DNA of 64,000 nt from a virus, in IMG/VR virus record IMGVR_UViG_3300021088_000005, positions 36,811 through 100,810 of that record. One strand, written 5' to 3'. The notes below the pieces were generated by a model. That model ran no database searches. It had not been told where the DNA came from and saw nothing but the letters and a program-made list of their open reading frames with translations. Within the stretch, counting starts at the first letter, position 1. Every line of letters starts with the position of its first letter. Made by a program: the position numbers and the translations under genes. This document shows, one piece after another, positions 44,942 to 53,111 of the stretch.

Positions 44942-45035
44942 TGGTAGTCTCGAAGAGATTCGAACTCTTATCGCGCCCCAATCTAGGGCTTATCCAGTTT
45001 ATAAGGCTGGCGCTCTGCCGTTGAGCTACGAGACT
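44942..45035 (-). tRNA. tRNA-Ile(TAT) with long variable arm
   Basis: CCAG-CCTTATAAA-CTGG; GCCCT-AGATT-GGGGC variable hairpin; A73. Confidence 0.82.
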
Positions 45036-45041
45036 AAAATC

Positions 45042-45136
45042 TTGAACCTTCCCGAGCTTTACTAGCGTGACACTCGGTCTTGATTAACAAGTCGTGCCTT
45101 CCACGCTAGCGGTTGCACGATCAATGAACGGTTCAA
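45042..45136 (-). ncRNA. Unknown multi-stem RNA with 8-bp kissing loops
   Basis: TTGAACC/GGTTCAA; TCGTGC/GCACGA; CCGAG/CTCGG; loops CTAGCGTG/CACGCTAG. Confidence 0.6.
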
Positions 45137-45142
45137 ACTTGA

Positions 45143-45229
45143 TTCGGGACCCGGCATCAACCTTCCCAGGAAGTGCCACGTCGGTTAGAAGCTTGACACT
45201 TACTACCAACGTCGTCAAGGTTTCCCGAA
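45143..45229 (-). ncRNA. Unknown pseudoknotted RNA
   Basis: TTCGGGA/TCCCGAA; CTTGAC/GTCAAG; ACGTTGGT/ACCGACGT; GGCA/TGCC; CTTCC/GGAAG. Confidence 0.55.
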
Positions 45230-45232
45230 AAC

Positions 45233-45317
45233 TGGTGCGACAGAGGGGAGTTGAACCCCTATGAGACAAGCTCGGCGGTTTTTGAGACCGCTGCGTATGC
45301 CATTCCGCCACTATCGC
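45233..45317 (-). tRNA. tRNA-Leu(CAA)
   Basis: GCGGT-CTCAAAA-ACCGC; long variable arm. Confidence 0.92.
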
Positions 45318-45385
45318 ATAATCTTTAGGGCTCTTAGCCCAAGGTAAGACTTCATCCATGTAGGAGAAGCTTTCTTACCTAAACT

Positions 45386-45460
45386 TGGTCCGGACTCACG
45401 GAATTGAACCGCGTACGCCCACCTCTTCAGGGTGGCGCTCTACCGATGAGCTAAGCCCGG
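45386..45460 (-). tRNA. tRNA-Phe(GAA)
   Basis: CCACC-CTGAAGA-GGTGG. Confidence 0.9.
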
Positions 45461-45468
45461 ATAAAATA

Positions 45469-45639
45469 GTATTCATCGTGACAAACGTCTTAAGCCGGAT
45501 GCCTTCGTCACAACGGGTGACCAGCCATATAGAGTTCACGCCCCACCGGGGAATGACTCTAGTCTAAGCAAACTCACCAGATTGGCCTGCGCAAGCCTTA
45601 GCATCTCTCCGGCAAGAAGCAAGTCTCGATTACAAATAC
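45469..45639 (-). ncRNA. 6S RNA-like rod (about 170 nt)
   Basis: End-to-end hairpin ATCG/CGAT, GAC/GTC, TCTT/AAGA, GCCGGA/TCCGGC, central bubble, GGTGA/TCACC, TAGAGT/ACTCTA, CCCC/GGGG. Confidence 0.5.
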
Positions 45640-45668
45640 ATTGTACCACAACTTTCGAATCTTGTCAA
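45640..45668 (-). promoter_or_regulatory. Sigma70-type promoter for the RNA array
   Basis: TTGACA-17 nt-TACAAT with extended TG. Confidence 0.85.
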
Positions 45669-45987
45669 GCGATTTCTTCGACCATCTCAAGAAATATTTC
45701 CATCGCTTCGATCATTCTGCTGCGCCCAAACTCGTCAGCCAGGACATAAACCTCAGCGTCGGACATCTTGCTTGTTATGACTACGCCGTCTTCCAGGGAT
45801 GTCCACACCATCGGTTCCTCCACCCGCCTGGGGGTTGGACCCGGCGGACAGAATCTAATCCAGTGGCGGAGAAAGGATCGTAACCGCTACGCCGGACGCT
45901 CTTATGAGCACACTGGAAACTTTGGGTGGCTGATTGCGCTCTGACAGCCGAAGTTTCAGCGTATGTTTCAGCGTATGTTTCTAATTT

Positions 45988-46063
45988 TGGGGTGTCCCGC
46001 CGGAATCGGACCGAGCGCTACAGGATTCACAGTCCCGTGTGCTTCCATTACACCACGGACACC
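45988..46063 (-). tRNA. tRNA-His(GTG)
   Basis: CGGGA-CTGTGAA-TCCTG; G-1:C73; T-loop TCCGATT. Confidence 0.85.
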
Positions 46064-46077
46064 ATCGATCTAGATAC

Positions 46078-46106
46078 ATTCTATCACAACTTCTAAAATC
46101 TGTCAA
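46078..46106 (-). promoter_or_regulatory. Sigma70-type promoter at the start of the RNA array
   Basis: TTGACA-17 nt-TAGAAT with extended TG; shares GAA(A)GTTGTG spacer sequence with the 45640 promoter. Confidence 0.85.
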
Positions 46107-46113
46107 GCTTTAT

Positions 46114-46293
46114 TTACAGCTTTGCTTTGACTGCTGCAACTAGTGCCTTTACTTCGGCTACTGTAGATGCTTCGACCTTGGCTAGCTCTGCGCGAACTGC
46201 GGCAAGCTTGCCTGCGTTCTTAACTCTTCCGCCTGCAAAACCCAATGCCAAACTAACAATGACTGTAATCGCAACGTAAGCCAAGTGTACCAT
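46114..46293 (-). CDS. Small membrane-anchored protein (59 aa)
   Basis: Manual translation MVHLAYVAITVIVSLALGFAGG...; SD GGAG. Confidence 0.55.
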   Translation of the reverse strand: MVHLAYVAITVIVSLALGFAGGRVKNAGKLAAVRAELAKVEASTVAEVKALVAAVKAKL

Positions 46294-46313
46294 AATCGGG
46301 TCTCCGTGTCAAG

Positions 46314-46637
46314 CTAATTGTTTACTTTTAAGTCCGACGGATTATCGGTCGGGTTGTTGAAATTCTTCTTAAATGACTGCGGACCCTTCTGCTGCATCTG
46401 GTCATGTCCGTAGCGCTTCCAATTCAATTCGATGTTTGTCCCGAGTTGTTCTTTGCAGGCGTCTTCCACTTTGGAGTCCGGCGCACACTCTGCTACCGTG
46501 GTAGCATTACGCTTGAAGCGGCTCGGGTTTCCTAGAGCATCATTCTTGATATCGCCGGATACCTTACTAGCCGGGGTGGTTGCGCCAGCGCTTGGGTGGG
46601 CTACCTGGTCATAAACTGAATCGTAACGCTTTGCCAT
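46314..46637 (-). CDS. Hypothetical protein
   Basis: 107-aa ORF with SD GGAG. Confidence 0.6.
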   Translation of the reverse strand: MAKRYDSVYDQVAHPSAGATTPASKVSGDIKNDALGNPSRFKRNATTVAECAPDSKVEDACKEQLGTNIELNWKRYGHDQMQQKGPQSFKKNFNNPTDNPSDLKVNN

Positions 46638-46639
46638 GA

Positions 46640-47050
46640 TTACTCCGGGAAGTACTTTCTGGTGTCTACCCCCATATGCTTCAGGGCGACGATCACCTGG
46701 GTCTTGAATCTTTCGAATTCTGTTCTGCTGACAATAAGGCTGTCCAAAGTTGCCTTTACAATGTTGACGTTACCGATGTTGTCGTTCGGGTCGTCCGCTG
46801 GAGACCCGTACTCATGGATAGCTGTATTTGTACCGTCTTCACGATGCTCGATGGACGTAGACACCAATAGCCCATACGGGTCGGTTGGCGATTCGAATAC
46901 CGGGGCGGGTCCTACTTTGTCCAGTTTTGGCTCCGGGTCTTCGGACGGTGTAGCAATCTGATCTACAGCAGCTCCGGTTTCTTCAACAGGCTTAAGTGCT
47001 TCAAAATGCGGGCCTTGATTGACTCTATTCACGTATGACTCGGTGCTCAT
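46640..47050 (-). CDS. Hypothetical protein
   Basis: 136-aa ORF, first gene of the leftward block. Confidence 0.6.
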   Translation of the reverse strand: MSTESYVNRVNQGPHFEALKPVEETGAAVDQIATPSEDPEPKLDKVGPAPVFESPTDPYGLLVSTSIEHREDGTNTAIHEYGSPADDPNDNIGNVNIVKATLDSLIVSRTEFERFKTQVIVALKHMGVDTRKYFPE

Positions 47051-47380
47051 TAGAAGTCCTTTGGTTTCAGTCCGGTCTTAAATTCAGATTGGGCATTGTG
47101 TAAGTGCTTTAGAATCAACAACGTACAGGTACCGTATGCGGCAGGAAGTTTGGCACGTTCGTATGCGTGCTCGGCGCCAGACGCCCCTGGGGCGACCCTG
47201 CCTGCGGCAAGCCCACCCGGATACACTTTAGAATCAACGACATACAGAAAATATCTCTAACCTACACATAATCAACAGCGCTCTAACTAGTTTAGAATCA
47301 ACACAATAGCGCGTTATGCTTCGGATGCGACCAGAACACAGCATTTATTGCAATTCCTTGCAAACAAACGAGTTAAAATC

Positions 47381-47409
47381 ATTGCGTATAATGAAACATT
47401 ATGCGGATT
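47381..47409. other. dif-like Xer recombination site candidate
   Basis: ATTGCGTATAA-TGAAACA-TTATGCGGATT resembles XerC/XerD arms, with a 7-bp spacer. Confidence 0.4.
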
Positions 47410-47585
47410 CTCTGCTATATGTGCTCGAATATGCTGCTAAATGCAGTGTTTTCAGTGTTTTGCGCGGTTTTTCGCGTGTTTTGAGAGTTTTTCCGCGAAT
47501 ATTTCCGAAAATTTTGTGCTGCGAATTTTGCCGAGTGTCCTACAGGCTCCCTACTAGTGGTTCCAATAGCCCCGGCATTATTCTA

Positions 47586-47636
47586 GTACTAGTACCATTT
47601 TGTTGTTGACAAGCGTACGCTATAGTATGGTATAGT
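47586..47636 (+). promoter_or_regulatory. Early promoter family member 1
   Basis: GTACTAGTAC-CATTTTGTTG-TTGACA; TATAGT 19 nt downstream. Confidence 0.65.
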
Positions 47637-47657
47637 CTAGGCAAGGAGAAACACCTA

Positions 47658-48371
47658 ATGAAACTATTAAGCGTATCATCGGATGCAAAGACGGTCAAAG
47701 GTGAGAAACAAGGATACTTAACTGGCATTCTGTATCTTGCTCCGGCGAACACAAGCGGCACTAACGTGTGTGCAATGGCCACAGACGGATGCAAACGCGG
47801 ATGTTTAGCATTCTCTGGACGCAGCGCAATATTCCCTGCTATCATGGAAGCACGGATTCGCAAAACTCGCGAGTTATTCGCGGACCGTCAAGCTTTCATC
47901 GCGCAATTGCGTAAGGATATCGCGGCGCTAGTGCGCAAAGCAACACGCGAGAACCTTATCCCTTGCGTACGAATCAATGGTACATCTGACCTGCCATGGC
48001 TTGCATTGACGCTAGCGCGTGAGTTTACCGCCGTCCAATTCTACGATTATACTAAACTCCCAGGCGCACATACTCGCACACTCCCGAATTATCACCTTAC
48101 CTTTAGTCATTCCGAGTCAAACGAGCAAGAGTGTGTCAATGAATTGTCCCATGGTATCAATTGCGCTGTAGTCTTCGCGGTCAAACGTGGTCATGTGTTG
48201 CCTACACACTGGCATGGTTTCGAAGTATTGGACGGAGACCTATCGGACCTAAGATTCCTTGACGAATCCGGTAAAGTTATCGGTCTCCGCGCAAAAGGTA
48301 CTAAGGCGAAGAATGATTGCAGTGGATTCGTTGTATCTCCGCTAGTTCAGATTGGACAGGCTATCAGGTAG
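47658..48371 (+). CDS. GP88-family phage protein
   Basis: LAPA...VC...GC...CL, RINGTSDL, QFYDYTK, YHLTFS, DGDLSDLRFLD, GLRAKG. Confidence 0.8.
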   Translation: MKLLSVSSDAKTVKGEKQGYLTGILYLAPANTSGTNVCAMATDGCKRGCLAFSGRSAIFPAIMEARIRKTRELFADRQAFIAQLRKDIAALVRKATRENLIPCVRINGTSDLPWLALTLAREFTAVQFYDYTKLPGAHTRTLPNYHLTFSHSESNEQECVNELSHGINCAVVFAVKRGHVLPTHWHGFEVLDGDLSDLRFLDESGKVIGLRAKGTKAKNDCSGFVVSPLVQIGQAIR

Positions 48372-48439
48372 AATATTCAAGGTGTAGGGTAGCTAGTCTA
48401 CCCTTATCCTTGAGGATTCTATCCTCACTAGGAGACCAT

Positions 48440-48682
48440 ATGTCGGGCACAATCAAGGTAAAGAATCTTTGTGGCAAAACACGGAAACAAGATAATCCAT
48501 ATGAAGTATGGCAATCGTTCGATGGCACATGGACATGGAATGTACTTAAGAAGTGGCAAACGGATGATAGCAAACCATACGCAAGGTGGTTCTGCAATGT
48601 AGTTACTCCTATCTGTCCCAACGGCGAATTAGGCGACGTGTACGTTGCAGAGATTAAGTCTAACGCACGGCGAATTAGCTAG
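48440..48682 (+). CDS. Hypothetical protein (DUF2958-like)
   Basis: WTWNV...WFC.V...ELGDVYVAEI; SD AGGAG. Confidence 0.5.
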   Translation: MSGTIKVKNLCGKTRKQDNPYEVWQSFDGTWTWNVLKKWQTDDSKPYARWFCNVVTPICPNGELGDVYVAEIKSNARRIS

Positions 48683-49202
48683 AGTATTCTAGCCTGGGCT
48701 CACAGAGTCTAGGCTAGAGCATTCTTGCTCTATAGGAGACCTATGTCTACCCTGTACCACGTTCAAACCTTGCGCGGGTTGTATTCGATTGCATTAGACC
48801 GTGGCACCCTAGGCTATTCAATTAGGGAGTATAAGCACGGCAATCTACAGGGATGCGCTAGCCTAGGCAATGCTAGCCTAGAGGATTCTATCCTCGAATA
48901 CAATCGGCGGATATCAGACGCGGCAAAATACGACCAAATCTACTATGTCCGGAAAGTCAACCCGGAACAAATTTGATCGGGTTTCCAATTTTGCGGGTAT
49001 TTTGACTGGCCGGACATTTTCATGGCTATCTAAGCGGCCCGAAGTTCTCCCTCTCCCCAGGACTCTCCCGCAGACCTGGTAGCGCTATCGCTCTATTATA
49101 CGGATAGGTTTACCCGGTAATTAGCGCTGTAGTGCTTAAGCGTCCGACCAGGGAGATTAAATCGTTGCACTTGTTTGTTGCAAATCGTTGCAGTTCTTTG
49201 CG

Positions 49203-49505
49203 TTATTTCTTGTACGTGATGTTAGCTACAGGCTTGTGCAAGCGGATTAGCCTAATCTCTTCTTGATTGGCTTCCTCTTTGTTGTCGAAGACTGTTATAC
49301 GTACCTCATCCGCTTTCCAGAATGCCTGTACCCTAGTCGGCCCAGGGTTGAGGGCGCTGGAATACAGTCCGCTGTATTTGTCGAAGACTCTGGTAAACCC
49401 GATGTAGGATCGTCCGACATACATGACCTTACCATCCGCGATAAACTCATAGACGCAGGGCATGCGGAACTTCTTACCAGATACCGTTAATGTGCCTAAT
49501 CTCAT
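49203..49505 (-). CDS. Small GIY-YIG-like nuclease
   Basis: CVYEF...MYVGRS...R...EEIRLIRLHKPVAN; own promoter TTGACA...TATGAT upstream. Confidence 0.7.
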   Translation of the reverse strand: MRLGTLTVSGKKFRMPCVYEFIADGKVMYVGRSYIGFTRVFDKYSGLYSSALNPGPTRVQAFWKADEVRITVFDNKEEANQEEIRLIRLHKPVANITYKK

Positions 49506-49550
49506 GCTCGAATCATACCACAAAACCGATAATTTGTCAATATAAATCGT

Positions 49551-49594
49551 GTGGCGAAATATCGTCACTTAATTAAGTGGCGAAATATCGTCAC
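49551..49594. repeat. Two exact 18-bp direct repeats separated by TTAATTAA
   Basis: GTGGCGAAATATCGTCAC x2, each an imperfect palindrome. Confidence 0.9.
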
Positions 49595-49876
49595 CTTGCA
49601 GCCCTAAAAACACGTAGCTCGTAAGTTATTGAAAACACACATGTGGCACCAACCGGGTATTAGAGAGGAAAAGTTATTATGTGTGAGGGTTATTGTAAGG
49701 TTAAAACTATGACAAATAACGACTTGGAGCTATTAAAAAGATAATTATAATTAGCGCGTGTCTCCCTCTTACGGCCTAGTTGGTGACACATATTATACGG
49801 AATATTTTGCTTCTTGTTTTCCGTATAATAAGTGTCACCAACCCACTTGGTGCCACTTATTATACACAATATTTTG

Positions 49877-49925
49877 GTACTAGTACCATTTTGTTGTTGA
49901 CATATCTCCGAGCATATGAGACTAT
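49877..49925 (+). promoter_or_regulatory. Early promoter family member 2
   Basis: GTACTAGTAC-CATTTTGTTG-TTGACA-17 nt-GACTAT. Confidence 0.75.
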
Positions 49926-50337
49926 ACGCACATGGCAACCAGAAAGTGCTTCGCATGCGGTCGCAAGCTAGGCAAGAACCCATACCGTGCGGTATGCGAA
50001 GACGAGCAGATCGTGTTTATAGGCTCCGAGTGCTTTAAGCTGATCGGTCCTGATGGGTTCCAGCTAGACCACGGCCCCAGGCTGTACAGAGGCATATTCG
50101 CGCCTAATGGAGTCCTGTTACAGGTTATCGGACTAGACTCGCATCCGAGCATTGGAAAGCAGTACTAATGCACAAGATCATCAAGCGCAACCGAAACTAT
50201 GAGATTCCCAGGCGGGATAAGATCGAATTTGAGGTCTATCTGGACGGTCAACTAGTCGCGGTGTTCGACTCCAAGCGGGAAGCTATTGATTGGGTTATGG
50301 CCCAGGAGTACCCTAAATCCGTATAATAAGGAGACCT

Positions 50338-50658
50338 ATGTACAAATCATTGATCGTCGCAATGTTCGTTGCCAGCACGGTATCGGCAGCACCGAAGCCA
50401 AAGAAAGTCTATAAGGTCACCCCGGTATCTGACTCGGAAGCCATTATAGTCTGCTCGAACGGCGCGGACCCTACTTTTAAGGCGGTCACTTCCGGCGCTG
50501 TCCTGGTCTCATGCGGCGCTACTGTCAAGGCAACCTGGGACGGCACCAAGTTCACATGTCCTGCGAGCGCCCCGTATGTTTGGGCCGATGAGGGCGAAGC
50601 TCTCAATGGTAAGTCGGACTATGTGTATTGTGGCAAGACCCCGCTGTTAGGCCAGTAG
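50338..50658 (+). CDS. Small secreted Cys-containing protein
   Basis: Signal-peptide-like N-terminus, 4 Cys. Confidence 0.6.
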   Translation: MYKSLIVAMFVASTVSAAPKPKKVYKVTPVSDSEAIIVCSNGADPTFKAVTSGAVLVSCGATVKATWDGTKFTCPASAPYVWADEGEALNGKSDYVYCGKTPLLGQ

Positions 50659-51310
50659 TACTTAATCGGTACTAAAGTACTATTGCATTCAATCCAAGAC
50701 TGTGAGACTATAGCGCCATGGACAACAAACAACTTCGGAAGATAGGAGCTAACATGGAAGAAACTCCAAGATGGATTGGCGCTCATTCAGTGAACTGCGC
50801 AGTCTGCGACACTTTGGTGGACGAACGGGACTGCGCCCCTAGTGCTGACGGTGACGTTTGTCCCGAGTGTCAAGTGCTCGATGCCATCGAATCTGAACGG
50901 ACAGACTAGGAGACAATATGGAAGTCGGCACATATGTCGAGATTATCGGAATGGACTTGCGCGGACGGATTATCAGCATTCGACTGGACGACCGCCGCGA
51001 ATTGATTATCACAGTGGAACTGGACGACCAAACATCTACACCGTCGGGACTATACTACGCACGTGTGTACGAATTGGACGTAATATGAATCCGCGATACC
51101 TAGCGTATTGTCGAGCGCATAATATGAGCCCACAGCAGATGATGCAGCACGACCGCGATAAGTATCCCGGCGGGTGTATGTGTGGCTTTATTATCTGGCA
51201 TAGTGCCAAGCTAAGCGAAGCACGGCATGCGCACCCGGAGTTTTTCTACATTGAGATTGGCGGAACCGCAGGCGGGTTACTTAATCATAAGGCCTATGAT
51301 AGGTGGTTAA

Positions 51311-51700
51311 ATGAAAACTAAACTCACAGTCGAAATTGACATAGACACCGAACGTGACGGAGCAACCTGTCTAGCCGGAACACACATTCCCGGACTATAT
51401 CAGATTGAAGTAAGAAAAGACATAATGGATGCATTCGGCGCGTCCCCGCTGTCACCCGGTGTAGCACTGGCCCATGAGCTAGGACATTTGATAGCGCATG
51501 TATTTCAGATGCCCGGTAGCGTTCGCGAACCCAGGCCCCTATATCCGAATCAATGGGGGCAATTCGTCCCTGATTATAGTTTGAGAGTATTAGCGTCCGA
51601 AAAGGAAGCCTGGGACGTAGCCGAGCTAATCTTCCAAACCAAACACGCTAAGATCGAAGCGCTTAAGACGTACGAGAAAGGATTCAAGCTATGGGAATAG
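51311..51700 (+). CDS. Zinc metallopeptidase-like protein (HExxH)
   Basis: ALAHELGHLIAH...EKEAW. Confidence 0.65.
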   Translation: MKTKLTVEIDIDTERDGATCLAGTHIPGLYQIEVRKDIMDAFGASPLSPGVALAHELGHLIAHVFQMPGSVREPRPLYPNQWGQFVPDYSLRVLASEKEAWDVAELIFQTKHAKIEALKTYEKGFKLWE

Positions 51701-52027
51701 ACTTCGGCCAGGCTAAGAAAATGAAGCCACGAAAATTTCGCTTACACTTCAATAGAGTCAACATGCAACGCGGCAATCCAAATATCTGGACTGTCCATAC
51801 TTCGGACCGATGTTATCAGGTTAAGCGCGTGGTAACATACGTCCAATTGGAAACCGTATTCAAGCCGGACGGCCCGCAGCCGCGTGCTTATTTATCAGGA
51901 CGCGGTACGGTAGTAATCGACGGAGACACAGCGTACTTGACCTAGTACTTTAGTACCATCAAAATCGGTACTTTCGTACTATTGTGTTTATTTCTGTTTC
52001 TGGTATGATCGTCATATAGGAGATTAC

Positions 52028-52546
52028 ATGGCACTCAAAACAACCTATACCGACGGTGGCAAGACCACAGAAGGATTCGCTCATGAGCACAACGACTGTG
52101 GTGTTCGAGCGCTGGCAATAGCAGCCGCCATCCCATACTCTGAGGCTCACGGTCTACTCAAGGCAGAGGGTAGACGAGACCGTAAGGGCACAAAGGCAAA
52201 CTGGATTATATCCGCGATGCGCAAATCTGGAATCCAAGCGGAAGAGATCACAGTACGCGACCCTAAGCTGCACTGGTATGGTGGTAACTCATACACTAAT
52301 CCAACCCTGGCAGAGATAATCCGGGCACATCAGACCGGGCGCTATCTTGTTATAGTCAACGGGCACGCTCTCGCAATGATCGATGGGGTTATACACGACA
52401 AGGGCGAAATCGCAGGCGCACGTTCGCGAGTCCGGATGATGTACCGCGTGACTCCGAAGACCCAGGAAACAGCGCAACCACAGATAACCCAGGGACAGAT
52501 CAATGAACTGTGGGAGCGCATGAACCGCCTAGCAGCGAAGCTGTAG
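52028..52546 (+). CDS. Hypothetical protein, possible papain-like Cys/His peptidase fold
   Basis: NDCGVRALAIA...GHALAMIDG.IHD. Confidence 0.5.
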   Translation: MALKTTYTDGGKTTEGFAHEHNDCGVRALAIAAAIPYSEAHGLLKAEGRRDRKGTKANWIISAMRKSGIQAEEITVRDPKLHWYGGNSYTNPTLAEIIRAHQTGRYLVIVNGHALAMIDGVIHDKGEIAGARSRVRMMYRVTPKTQETAQPQITQGQINELWERMNRLAAKL

Positions 52547-52594
52547 TACTGGTACCATTTTGTTGTTGACATTATTCCGGATCGGTGAGACAAT
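52546..52594 (+). promoter_or_regulatory. Early promoter family member
   Basis: GTACTGGTAC-CATTTTGTTG-TTGACA-17 nt-GACAAT. Confidence 0.75.
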
Positions 52595-53022
52595 CTCTAT
52601 ATGAAAAGCATACAAGCAACAGTAGGACAACACAAACGGCAACACCCGGAGCAATACTGTCCGGTTCGTGATTGCCTGTGGAAGACCAACGGCGGGCTGT
52701 GCCCGCGTCATATCTCGAAAGGTGAACCCGATGGCTATGTCTTCGGCCACCCGGTATGGCTTCCCGAAGTAGCAAAGCGAAAGGCGGTGCGATAATGTTT
52801 AAGTCAATTACTCCTGTTGTGCTGTTGACAGTGGCCGAAGCCGAGTACAGGGCGCTAATTCAGAAGCACTGGCAATCAATGTGGCGCACGTACATGTGGT
52901 CTGCTGATGGCTGCGGAGACAACCTGTACAGGACTGCGGGCGATGCGCTACAGGCCTACAAAGCATACCAGATGTTGGCGGTCGTAATGACCCAATACGA
53001 CATCGATACAGAGCACGCCTAA

Positions 53023-53071
53023 GTACTAGTACGTTTTTGTTGTTGACAAGCTTTCGAGTTCATGAGATACT
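53023..53071 (+). promoter_or_regulatory. Early promoter family member
   Basis: GTACTAGTAC-GTTTTTGTTG-TTGACA-17 nt-GATACT. Confidence 0.75.
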
Positions 53072-53111
53072 CAGTACATCAAAAGCGGCACAGCCGCAGA
53101 AAAGAGATAAA

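Noticed and set aside
39869-45567. Track ORFs overlapping tRNA and ncRNA genes (e.g. 39869-40126, 41272-41493, 42234-42470, 43879-44181, 45084-45359)
   Set aside because: They span cloverleaf or RNase P sequences and look non-protein-like.
45954-45981. 12-bp tandem duplication (TTTCAGCGTATG x2)
   Set aside because: Only two copies; probably a local slippage event.
39007-46063. tmRNA, suppressor tRNA or selenocysteine tRNA
   Set aside because: No CTA, TTA or TCA anticodon was found, and no tRNA-like domain with a tag ORF; long genes read normally in the standard code.
47095-47310. Host assignment from the repeat motif or promoter style
   Set aside because: Not supportable from this sequence alone; it needs spacer matches or marker phylogeny.
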